Shown in pieces: positions 16,997 through 25,969 of a stretch of 64,000 bases of DNA. Positions within the stretch are counted from its first letter, which is position 1; each line of letters begins with the position of its first letter. The notes beneath the pieces were generated by a model that did no database searches, was not told the origin of the DNA, and saw only the letters and a list, made by a program, of their open reading frames with translations. Source of the stretch: an uncultured Rickettsiales bacterium (lineage in GTDB: Bacteria; Pseudomonadota; Alphaproteobacteria; Rickettsiales; SXRF01); assembly GCA_964535825.1 (NCBI GenBank), contig CAZHUC010000002.1:74671-138670 (forward strand), in the 5' to 3' direction. A program made the position numbers and the translations under genes.

Positions 16997-17682
16997 GTAC
17001 GAAAGCCTGGGAGATAACGTTTGATTGAGTATAACCAGTCTCCTTTCTCAGTAAGGACTTCAGAAGTCCCCACACCTTTAGTATGCCCTAAAAAGGCATT
17101 TTTTCCAAGTGCTTTTCTTATGTCTGTGGAAGATATACGCATGGGTTTCAAATGGTAATAGAGGAATGCACGTCGCTTGGGTATCTTGCGTATGTTTATG
17201 TTTTTTATGATGAATTTACGCATATAATGCGCCGCACTGCTATGTAGTGCTTTGTTTGAATATGGTACACGATCCAGCACCATTACAGGCAGCAGATCAA
17301 CAATACGTTTCCAATGTTGCCAGCGATGGAAGCACACCAGATTATCTGCACCCATCATCCAGATGAACTGTGTGGAAGGATGACGACGCTGTAAATGCTG
17401 CAGTGTTTTATAGGTGTATGCGAAGCCGCGTTGTTTCTCGATATCGGAAACAAATATCTTCGGATGTATCGCAAGTTGCTTGGCAGATGCGAAGCGTTTT
17501 TCATAATCCGCAAGTGATGCTTTATCTTTCAGTGGATTCTGCGGACTCACCAGCCACCACACCTCATCCAGATGCAGCTTGTTAAGCGCATATAAACTTA
17601 TGTGCACATGCCCGGCATGAGCGGGGTTGAAAGATCCCCCCAGTAAGCCGATTACACGATGTCTGGAATGTATGGGTTTCAC
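16993..17682 (-). CDS. nadD: nicotinate-nucleotide adenylyltransferase
   Basis: IGLLGGSFNPAHAGH is the (H/T)xGH motif. The gene sits between proA and rsfS, the conserved order. Confidence 0.88.
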   Translation of the reverse strand: MKPIHSRHRVIGLLGGSFNPAHAGHVHISLYALNKLHLDEVWWLVSPQNPLKDKASLADYEKRFASAKQLAIHPKIFVSDIEKQRGFAYTYKTLQHLQRRHPSTQFIWMMGADNLVCFHRWQHWKRIVDLLPVMVLDRVPYSNKALHSSAAHYMRKFIIKNINIRKIPKRRAFLYYHLKPMRISSTDIRKALGKNAFLGHTKGVGTSEVLTEKGDWLYSIKRYLPGFRT

Positions 17683-18966
17683 TTAAGGACGCGTCTGCCC
17701 CGTGCCATGCACAACATATTTATAGGTAGTGAGTTGTTCCGCGCCTACAGGCCCGCGTGCATGCAGCCTGCCGGTTGCGATACCGATCTCCGCACCAAAA
17801 CCGAATTCGCCACCATCGGCAAATTGAGTTGAGCTGTTATGTATCACGATCGCAGAATCTACTTTGCGCAAGAAGTGGCGGGCTACCGCCTTATCTTCCG
17901 TAATAATCGCATCCGTATGATGCGAACCATAACGATTGATATGCGCAATCGCCTCTTCCGCATCTTTAACCAGCTTCACAGAAATTACCGCAGCCAGATA
18001 TTCCGTGCTCCAGTCATCTTCTGTCGCTGCTTTGATGCGCTTGTCGAGTTTCTGGGCAGCAGTATCGCCACGCACTTCACAGCCAGCATCTACCAACGTA
18101 TCCACCAGTGAAGGCAACATGGTTTTGGCTACTGATTCGTCAATCAATAGTGATTCTGTTGCGCCACAGATACCAACACGACGCATCTTGGCATTGAGCA
18201 AAACTTCGCGTGCCATAGCAGATGTTGCTTTCTCGTGAATGTATGTATGGCAGTTGCCTTCCAGATGTAAGAGCGTAGGCACACGGCTCTCATCCATCAC
18301 GCGTTTGGTGAGTGATTTGCCACCGCGTGGAACGATCACATCGATATAATTGGTAAGCCCGAGCATCGCACCCACTGCCAGTCGGTCACGCGTAGGTATC
18401 ACCTGCACAGAATCAGCAGACAAGCCTGCTGCTTTCAGACCGTGATGCAAGCATTCCGCTATGACCGTCGAAGAATGCAGGCTCTCTCCACCGCCGCGCA
18501 ATATCGCAGCGTTACCGGATTTGATGCAAAGCCCTGCAGCATCCGCCGTCACGTTCGGGCGTGATTCATAAATGATACCAATCACACCGAGCGGCACAGA
18601 CACACGCTGCATCACAAGGCCATTCGGGCGTGTCCATTCATCCAGCACTTTGTTCACAGGATCAGGTAATGTCGCAATGGTTTCAAGGCCCGCTGCCATC
18701 GCCTCAATACGCTTTTCATTAAGCATCAGGCGGTCGAGCATGGCAGCATCAAGGCCTTTTTCCTTGCCATATTCGAGATCTTTTTTATTGGCAGCGATGA
18801 TACCGGTCGCATGTTCACGCAGCGCAAGCGCGGATTGTACCAGTGCCATATCTTTCTGCTCGTTGGTGGCATCTGCGAGCCCCTGGTATGCCGCGCGCGC
18901 GCGGCTGCCGATACCTTCCAGCATCGTTTGCACTTCATTTTTGAGTGATACTACTTCAGCGGTCAT
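17683..18966 (-). CDS. proA: glutamate-5-semialdehyde dehydrogenase
   Basis: The ALDH-type sequence ends ...GICGATESLL...HARGPVGAEQLTTYKYVV. Confidence 0.92.
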   Translation of the reverse strand: MTAEVVSLKNEVQTMLEGIGSRARAAYQGLADATNEQKDMALVQSALALREHATGIIAANKKDLEYGKEKGLDAAMLDRLMLNEKRIEAMAAGLETIATLPDPVNKVLDEWTRPNGLVMQRVSVPLGVIGIIYESRPNVTADAAGLCIKSGNAAILRGGGESLHSSTVIAECLHHGLKAAGLSADSVQVIPTRDRLAVGAMLGLTNYIDVIVPRGGKSLTKRVMDESRVPTLLHLEGNCHTYIHEKATSAMAREVLLNAKMRRVGICGATESLLIDESVAKTMLPSLVDTLVDAGCEVRGDTAAQKLDKRIKAATEDDWSTEYLAAVISVKLVKDAEEAIAHINRYGSHHTDAIITEDKAVARHFLRKVDSAIVIHNSSTQFADGGEFGFGAEIGIATGRLHARGPVGAEQLTTYKYVVHGTGQTRP

Positions 18967-18998
18967 ATGCCCTCACTTTCCCTCATGATACCATGTTT

Positions 18999-20105
18999 TT
19001 ATTCCAACACCATATCATCGCGATGGATCAATACATCACGGCGTTTAAAGCCCAATATCTGCTCTATCTCGCCGCTTTTCTTGCCGGCGATACGCGTAGC
19101 ATCCTCTGCAGCATAGGCGATAAGCCCCTTGCCAAGCTGCTTGCCTGCTTTGTTCTTTATCAACACAGCATCGCCACGGTCGAACTGGCCTTCCACCTTT
19201 ACCACACCGGCAGGCAACAGGCTCTTGCCGGAAGCAAGTGCACCTGCCGCACCGTCATCCACGGTGATCGTGCCAGACGCATGCAATGAACCAGCGATCC
19301 ATTCCTTGCGGGCGGTGCGTGGTGTTCCCTTGGCCATGAAATGCGTATGCTTGCCGCCTTGTATCAGTGTGCGCAGCGGATGCTCACCAAGACCTTTAGC
19401 AATCATTACCTGGCAGCCGGACGCGGTTGCAATTTTAGCCGCAGCGATCTTTGTTATCATCCCGCCGGATGACACACCTGATGCAGCGCCGCCTGCCATC
19501 TGCTCTATCTCTGCTGTTATCTCTGTCACTTCATCAATGAAGCGCGCGTTAGCATTATTCGCAGGATTCTCGGAATAGAGCCCATCAATATCTGAGAAGA
19601 TGATGAGCATATCCGCTTCCGCCATTTGCGCCACACGCGCAGCAAGTCGGTCATTATCACCGAAGCGCAGCTCTGCGGTTGCCACCGTGTCATTCTCATT
19701 GATGACAGGGATGACGGATCTACTTTCCAGCAATGTATCCAGTGTGTTCTTCGCGTTCAGGTAACGGCGGCGATGGATGCTGTCATCTGCTGTAAGCAGT
19801 ATCTGCGCAGGCTTCAGTTGGAACGCAGAGAACGCCTTATCCCACATGGAAAATAAAGTAATTTGCCCACACGCTGCCGCTGCCTGTTTTTCTTCAAGTG
19901 TTAGCACGCGTTTGCCATAACCCAGCGAAGGGCGGCCAAGCGCCACCGCGCCGGAAGTCACCACGATCACCTGCTTGCCTTCACCCACAAGAGCAGCAAT
20001 GCTTTCTGCCATCTGCGCAAGAAAATTGGTGCGCAGCTGATTATCTGCATCGATCAGCAGCGACGACCCAACTTTGATTACAATGCGTTTTGCGTTGTTT
20101 AACAT
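18999..20105 (-). CDS. proB: glutamate 5-kinase (with PUA domain)
   Basis: KRIVIKVGSSLL..., VVTSGAVALG and a C-terminal PUA-like segment are present. Confidence 0.92.
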   Translation of the reverse strand: MLNNAKRIVIKVGSSLLIDADNQLRTNFLAQMAESIAALVGEGKQVIVVTSGAVALGRPSLGYGKRVLTLEEKQAAAACGQITLFSMWDKAFSAFQLKPAQILLTADDSIHRRRYLNAKNTLDTLLESRSVIPVINENDTVATAELRFGDNDRLAARVAQMAEADMLIIFSDIDGLYSENPANNANARFIDEVTEITAEIEQMAGGAASGVSSGGMITKIAAAKIATASGCQVMIAKGLGEHPLRTLIQGGKHTHFMAKGTPRTARKEWIAGSLHASGTITVDDGAAGALASGKSLLPAGVVKVEGQFDRGDAVLIKNKAGKQLGKGLIAYAAEDATRIAGKKSGEIEQILGFKRRDVLIHRDDMVLE

Positions 20106-20110
20106 AACAA

Positions 20111-21160
<1,050 letters not shown>

Positions 21161-21170
21161 TCAAACAAAA

Positions 21171-21204
21171 AGGGGAACAGTCACCTGCTCCCCTTAAATT
21201 GCAT
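21171..21204 (-). terminator. candidate intrinsic terminator/attenuator between rpmA and obg
   Basis: On the minus-strand RNA the sequence is AAGGGGA-12 nt loop-UCCCCUU followed by UUUGUUUG. Confidence 0.45.
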
Positions 21205-21220
21205 TCTTAGTGACTGATCG

Positions 21221-21469
21221 TTATGCAACAACCGACACGTAGGTTTTGCCTGATTTCTCACGGAACTGAACTTTACCTTCCGCTACAGCAAAAATCGTGT
21301 GGTCTACACCAATATCCGTGCCAGCACCCGGGTATACCTTCGTGCCACGTTGACGGATGATGATGTTGCCCGGGATAACATCCTGGCCACCAAATTTCTT
21401 TACACCAAGGCGGCGACCTGCTGTGTCGCGACCGTTGCGGGATGAACCACCTGCTTTTTTATGTGCCAT
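21221..21469 (-). CDS. rpmA: 50S ribosomal protein L27
   Basis: The translation begins [15 protein letters not shown]... Confidence 0.95.
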   Translation of the reverse strand: MAHKKAGGSSRNGRDTAGRRLGVKKFGGQDVIPGNIIIRQRGTKVYPGAGTDIGVDHTIFAVAEGKVQFREKSGKTYVSVVA

Positions 21470-21479
21470 TGTCTAGTCC

Positions 21480-21785
21480 TTACGCTTTAATGTCCGTAAT
21501 TTTGATATCGGTCAGATACTGGCGATGACCTTTTTTGCGACGATAGTTGTGACGACGGCGTTTCTTGAAGATAACTACCTTGTCATCACGGAACTGCTTC
21601 ACGATCTCAGCCATAACTTTTGCGCCAGAGATGAGCGGCGCGCCGATTTTGCTGCCAGCCACGAGCACTTCACCAATTTCAACTTTATCACCTTCCTTGC
21701 CGGAAAGTTTTTCAACGGAAATAACGTCGCCGCTTTTCACGGAGTACTGTTTACCGCCGGTACGAATTACTGCAAACATGGACAA
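21480..21785 (-). CDS. rplU: 50S ribosomal protein L21
   Basis: The translation is (MS)MFAVIRTGGKQY... Confidence 0.95.
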   Translation of the reverse strand: MSMFAVIRTGGKQYSVKSGDVISVEKLSGKEGDKVEIGEVLVAGSKIGAPLISGAKVMAEIVKQFRDDKVVIFKKRRRHNYRRKKGHRQYLTDIKITDIKA

Positions 21786-21836
21786 GCCCTTGTATTATCT
21801 AAATATTTATATCTTTTTTATCAAAAGGACTGGCAA

Positions 21837-21863
21837 ATTATAGGAGTTTTGGGCCCTTGTCAA
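21837..21863 (-). promoter_or_regulatory. candidate sigma70 promoter for rplU-rpmA
   Basis: The minus strand reads TTGACA-15 nt-TATAAT about 50 nt upstream of rplU. The spacer is short, so the -35 register is uncertain. Confidence 0.45.
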
Positions 21864-21887
21864 GCTGTGAATAACCCTAAAAACAGG

Positions 21888-22370
21888 CTATTTGAACCCA
21901 AGCCCTAGGTTGACCACGCACCTTACCATATTACCCACATCATTGAAGCTCAGGCTGTCAAATCTGGCGCTCTGCGCGATATACAGACCTCGGCCATTGG
22001 GCAGGCCAGGGTCTGGCTTATGGTGCATATAATGGGCTGGGGTGAACCCCTTGCCGTCATCAATGATGGTAAGGCTACATTCCTGCGAGCTACGCTCCAC
22101 CTTGACCCGCACCTGCCTGATGGCATATTGCGGCATAGCAGAACGGCGGGCGATCTCGTGCGCCAGCCTACCCTCATTAAGCAATTGGGTTTTATGATCA
22201 AATCCTATCTCTAAATTGCCGTGCTCGATGGCATTGATAAGCAATTCATGGATAGCCAATACATAACGATGCGAACTGGGAAGATGCTTTGCCAGCACTT
22301 CTGCCATGCTGTGTACGGCCTCCATATGTTTCAGTGTGTAATGAAAAACCTGTGTGCTTGGAGTCTTCAT
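21888..22370 (-). CDS. RsbW/SpoIIAB-like anti-sigma-type serine kinase (HATPase_c only)
   Basis: The N-box is HELLINAIEHGN and the G-box region is IIDDGKGF...NGRGL. The 160-aa product has no sensor or DHp domain. Confidence 0.75.
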   Translation of the reverse strand: MKTPSTQVFHYTLKHMEAVHSMAEVLAKHLPSSHRYVLAIHELLINAIEHGNLEIGFDHKTQLLNEGRLAHEIARRSAMPQYAIRQVRVKVERSSQECSLTIIDDGKGFTPAHYMHHKPDPGLPNGRGLYIAQSARFDSLSFNDVGNMVRCVVNLGLGFK

Positions 22371-22383
22371 GATCCAATTCCCA

Positions 22384-23565
22384 TTACAGGCATTTTGCCA
22401 CCACCAGCGTTAGATCATCCTCAACCAAGTTGCGCGCGTGCCATTTGAATAACTTGCACCAACTATCCTTTATGTTTTCGGCTGGCTTATTACAAACAAC
22501 AAGCATTGCATTAGCAATAGTATCTTCACTGAGATACTGGTTCTGCGCGTTAGGTGTTTCAGTCAGTGCATCACTGTAAAGCAACAAGGTGTCACCTTTT
22601 CCAAAGGACACTGTCTGTGTGATATATTTTTGCTGTGCAATACCGAGTGGACTACCACTGCCATCGATGATATCTGCCCTGTCTTCTTTACCGCGAAGGA
22701 TGATCGGGCTTGGGGCGCACGCACAGGCATAACGCAATTGTTTTTCTTTTCTATCGATGATCCCATAGAACATGGTGGCAAATTGCCCGCGCTGCAGCAG
22801 CTTAAGCAGCTTATCATTGAGCAGCGTCAGGTAGTTGCCTGGCGATTCTATCAATTCGGAATCATCCTTCAAATGCGCCTGTAGACGGAAACTATTCAGT
22901 GCCGATGCCACCCCATGGCCGGAAAAATCCACCAGCCATATTGCCGTCAGCCCATCGCTGACATTCTTGATGCCCCAGAAATCTCCACCAATTTCTGATG
23001 AGGGCTGAAAATACGATGACAGTGAAAGTTTCGACGCTTTCTTAATGTCCTGTAATTCTTCTTCTGTCGGCAATACAGAAAGCTGCAATTCCCGCGCGGT
23101 CTGCAACTCTGTTTGCACCCTATCCCTGTAAAATAAAAGCCCCTGTAAGGATAGTCGCTTTTCAAGATGTACCTGCACGCGTGCGCACACCTCTTCAGGA
23201 TACAGTGGTTTACTGACCAGATCCGTAGCACCGCTGTGGAAGGCTTTGACCCTGAGTGATGGATCGGTAATGATGGTTTGCACCAGAACAGGTAGATCTC
23301 GGTGCTTTGGGCGTTTACGAATTTCACGACAGCACTCGAACCCATCCATACCAGGCATGACAATATCTAATAATACAATATCCGGCTTAAACTCATCTAA
23401 GGCTTCAAGTGCAGAAATTGCATTATCAACCGCCAATATATTCGAGAAACCCTGTATTCTCAGAGTATTCTCAAGAAATATCCTGCTTATTTCATTATCT
23501 TCTACGACCAGAACAGCTGCGTCGTATATGTAAGGTGACAGGTTATGTGCCATCTGCTGTTGCAT
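22384..23565 (-). CDS. response-regulator receiver fused to PP2C/SpoIIE-type phosphatase (RsbU/HsbR-like)
   Basis: The receiver reads VLVVEDNEISR...PDIVLLDIVMPGMDG...SKP. The PP2C part reads GGDFWGI...VDFSGHGVASAL...LLLYSDAL. Confidence 0.85.
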   Translation of the reverse strand: MQQQMAHNLSPYIYDAAVLVVEDNEISRIFLENTLRIQGFSNILAVDNAISALEALDEFKPDIVLLDIVMPGMDGFECCREIRKRPKHRDLPVLVQTIITDPSLRVKAFHSGATDLVSKPLYPEEVCARVQVHLEKRLSLQGLLFYRDRVQTELQTARELQLSVLPTEEELQDIKKASKLSLSSYFQPSSEIGGDFWGIKNVSDGLTAIWLVDFSGHGVASALNSFRLQAHLKDDSELIESPGNYLTLLNDKLLKLLQRGQFATMFYGIIDRKEKQLRYACACAPSPIILRGKEDRADIIDGSGSPLGIAQQKYITQTVSFGKGDTLLLYSDALTETPNAQNQYLSEDTIANAMLVVCNKPAENIKDSWCKLFKWHARNLVEDDLTLVVAKCL

Positions 23566-23566
23566 A

Positions 23567-23932
23567 TTATGCCGCGCGTATTTCCGGGTGGTGTACGGTT
23601 ATGTATTGCTTTATGTGGCGTACTTCCTCGCGAATATTCTCAAGCAACCAGCGGCGTTTTGCCAGCCCGCTACCATCCGATTTCTCTGCCAGCCGGCAAC
23701 GTTCCATCAGCACGTCCATCCCGAGATTGGCGGCTGCTCCTTTGAGGCTATGCGCTGCATCCTTCCATTGTTTATAGGCATCGCTTCGCATGGCATTCTC
23801 CATGGAAAAGATGAGTTCCTCCGCTACATCGAAAAAGACGGAAAATATCCTGGATTTTGCGTCATCGGTCTCTGCGACCATTGCAATTCGTTCCATATCA
23901 ACAGGTATGTAATTCTTACTATGCAACGTCAT
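23567..23932 (-). CDS. Hpt (histidine phosphotransfer) domain protein
   Basis: The motif AAHSLKGAAANLGMD is present. The stop lies 1 nt before the receiver-PP2C start. Confidence 0.8.
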   Translation of the reverse strand: MTLHSKNYIPVDMERIAMVAETDDAKSRIFSVFFDVAEELIFSMENAMRSDAYKQWKDAAHSLKGAAANLGMDVLMERCRLAEKSDGSGLAKRRWLLENIREEVRHIKQYITVHHPEIRAA

Positions 23933-23950
23933 ATTTTAAATAAACCTATA

Positions 23951-23976
23951 ATTGTATATCTATTATTTATTACAAT
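23951..23976. promoter_or_regulatory. inverted repeat ATTGTA-14 nt-TACAAT in the AT-rich divergent Hpt/STAS intergenic region
   Basis: Seen directly. No regulator is assigned. Confidence 0.3.
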
Positions 23977-24057
23977 TTTTAATTTATTATTAATCTAAGC
24001 AGATTATCTTCAAACGAATCACATTTTCTTTACCCTGCTATCGCTTCAAGGACGGTT

Positions 24058-24360
24058 ATGGACATTACGACGCAAACAAATAAGGACATTCTGGATGTGC
24101 AGATGAGCGGTAAGTTCACCTTCAGTGATCACCAGGTATTTCGCCCGGTACTGGAAAGAATGTCAGCGCGTGAGATACGCAGCATAAATTTTCATATGAA
24201 TGAAGTGGAGTTCATTGATTCTGCTGCGCTTGGCATGTTGCTTCTGGCCAATGATGAAGCAGGCAAACATAATAAAGGCATCAACATTGTCGGCGCGCAG
24301 GGACAGGTACTGAAAATGTTCGATATGGCGCGTTTCAACGCTTTATTTACAATGCTGTGA
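24058..24360 (+). CDS. STAS-domain anti-sigma-factor antagonist (SpoIIAA/RsbV/HsbA-like)
   Basis: The 100-aa product has the conserved phospho-serine context EFIDSAALGML (Ser55, nt 24220-24222). Confidence 0.85.
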   Translation: MDITTQTNKDILDVQMSGKFTFSDHQVFRPVLERMSAREIRSINFHMNEVEFIDSAALGMLLLANDEAGKHNKGINIVGAQGQVLKMFDMARFNALFTML

Positions 24361-24418
24361 TTGCATCGCGGCATCTTATCGGTTGCATGTGCCGGCGCGT
24401 GTATTAGTCTAAGGCATC

Positions 24419-24856
24419 ATGTGTGCTGCACCCAAAAAGCAATATTGGCTTATCAAATCCGAACCCTCCAGCTGGTCGTGGGACGAGCAGGTAAAGGCTG
24501 GCGCGAAAGGCACGTTCTGGAGTGGTGTACGCAACCATCTGGCCAAGCAGAATCTCATGAAAATGAAGCTGGGCGATGAGTGCTTCTTCTATCATTCCAA
24601 TGTCGGCAAAGACATAGTGGGTGTCGTGGAGGTCATTCGCGAACACTACCCCGACCCCACCGCCGAAAAAGGCGAGCCCTGGGTTGTTGTTGATATAAAA
24701 GCAAAGAACCCTATGCCAAAACCGGTGACACTTGCTGAGGTAAAAGCCACACCAAAACTCAGCAGCATGTCACTGCTGACATCCGCACGGCTTTCGGTGC
24801 AGCCGGTCACGGAGAATGAGTGGCGTGTGATCTGTGGTATGGGCGGCATAAAATGA
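24419..24856 (+). CDS. EVE (PUA-like) domain protein
   Basis: The translation reads KKQYWLIKSEPSSWSWDEQVKAG...FWSGVRNHLAKQNLMKMKLGDECFFYHSN... Confidence 0.8.
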   Translation: MCAAPKKQYWLIKSEPSSWSWDEQVKAGAKGTFWSGVRNHLAKQNLMKMKLGDECFFYHSNVGKDIVGVVEVIREHYPDPTAEKGEPWVVVDIKAKNPMPKPVTLAEVKATPKLSSMSLLTSARLSVQPVTENEWRVICGMGGIK

Positions 24857-25437
24857 GAAAGTACCTCATAACATTATTGGTAAATTTGTTTTTTCCGGGA
24901 GTAGTTATGGCTGATGATTCACAACAGATGGCGACCTTCGCTGGTGGCTGTTTCTGGTGCATGGAAGCAGAATTTGCAGGCATTGATGGCGTAAGCAAAG
25001 TAATCTCTGGTTACACCGGTGGCCACACCAAAAACCCGACCTATGAACAGGTATCATCGGGCATCACTGGCCATTTTGAAGCCATTGAAATTACTTATGA
25101 CCCGGCCAAAGTTAGTTACGAAAAACTGCTGCAGATCTTTTGGGAGAATATTGACCCGCTCGATGAGTATGGCCAGTTCTGTGATAAAGGCACACAATAT
25201 CGCGCGGGTATCTTTGTGCATTCTGCCAAACAGCGCAAACTGGCAGAAACCAGCAAAGATGCCATGGCCAAGACATTCAAAGCGCCTATCGCAACGGTGA
25301 TCCGTGATGCTGATGTATTTTATGCAGCGGAAGACTACCACCAGCAATATTACATCAAAAGCAAAGACCGCTATAAACGCTACCGCACAGGTTGCGGCCG
25401 TGATGCACGATTGCAGGAACTAAGAACTAAACCTTAG
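24853..25437 (+). CDS. msrA: peptide-methionine (S)-S-oxide reductase with Sec-type signal peptide
   Basis: ATG 24853 overlaps the EVE stop (ATGA). The signal-like N-terminus is MRKYLITLLVNLFFPGVVMA/DD and the active site is GGCFWCME. Confidence 0.88.
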   Translation: MRKYLITLLVNLFFPGVVMADDSQQMATFAGGCFWCMEAEFAGIDGVSKVISGYTGGHTKNPTYEQVSSGITGHFEAIEITYDPAKVSYEKLLQIFWENIDPLDEYGQFCDKGTQYRAGIFVHSAKQRKLAETSKDAMAKTFKAPIATVIRDADVFYAAEDYHQQYYIKSKDRYKRYRTGCGRDARLQELRTKP

Positions 25438-25951
25438 GCTTCTCGGATTTACTGCCGCAAATATCGTCTTTACTTGCATCAGCACGTCCCATGCTTTTGT
25501 TCATGTTCGCGAACATAGGGTCATTCATCATCGCCTTGTATTTGTCAGCACAGGCTTTCATCGCCATGTATTCCTTGGATTGCGAAAACTTTATCGCATA
25601 CTGCGCCTGCAGTGCTTTTGCTTCTGTTTCCTTACCGGCTTTACAAAGCTCCCGCACCTGCTTCTCCATGGTGCTGCCTTCTTTCTCCATCTGCTGCATG
25701 CCCTTCTGGCCTACAGATCTTTCCATGCACTCTCCCATGGCCATCACTGCCTGCAGTGCATTCTGCGGATCACCTTTGAGCAGATTTTCTTTAGACTCTA
25801 TTCTCATTTTCTTTAGATCTTCCACGGTTTTCGGGCTGGCTGGCTTGGTTGCCGCCTTGTCCTGCCCTTCAACTGCTGGTAACTGCAAAGCTTCAGCGTG
25901 AACACCACACGCAACCAGGCTCGCCACCAATGTATATCGAATTAGTTTCAT
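25427..25951 (-). CDS. exported methionine-rich helical protein, unknown function
   Basis: The signal peptide is MKLIRYTLVASLVACGVHA. I count 15 Met in 174 aa by hand, and the mature part has 4 Cys. An AGGAG SD lies 7 nt upstream, 18 nt after the GlnT-like stop. Confidence 0.65.
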   Translation of the reverse strand: MKLIRYTLVASLVACGVHAEALQLPAVEGQDKAATKPASPKTVEDLKKMRIESKENLLKGDPQNALQAVMAMGECMERSVGQKGMQQMEKEGSTMEKQVRELCKAGKETEAKALQAQYAIKFSQSKEYMAMKACADKYKAMMNDPMFANMNKSMGRADASKDDICGSKSEKPKV

Positions 25952-25969
25952 ATCATTCTCCTGTTACCG

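Noticed and set aside
24419-24856. I considered whether the EVE-domain protein marks a defence system that reads modified DNA.
   Set aside because: It is a stand-alone single-domain protein with no adjacent nuclease, ATPase or methyltransferase. It is coupled only to msrA.
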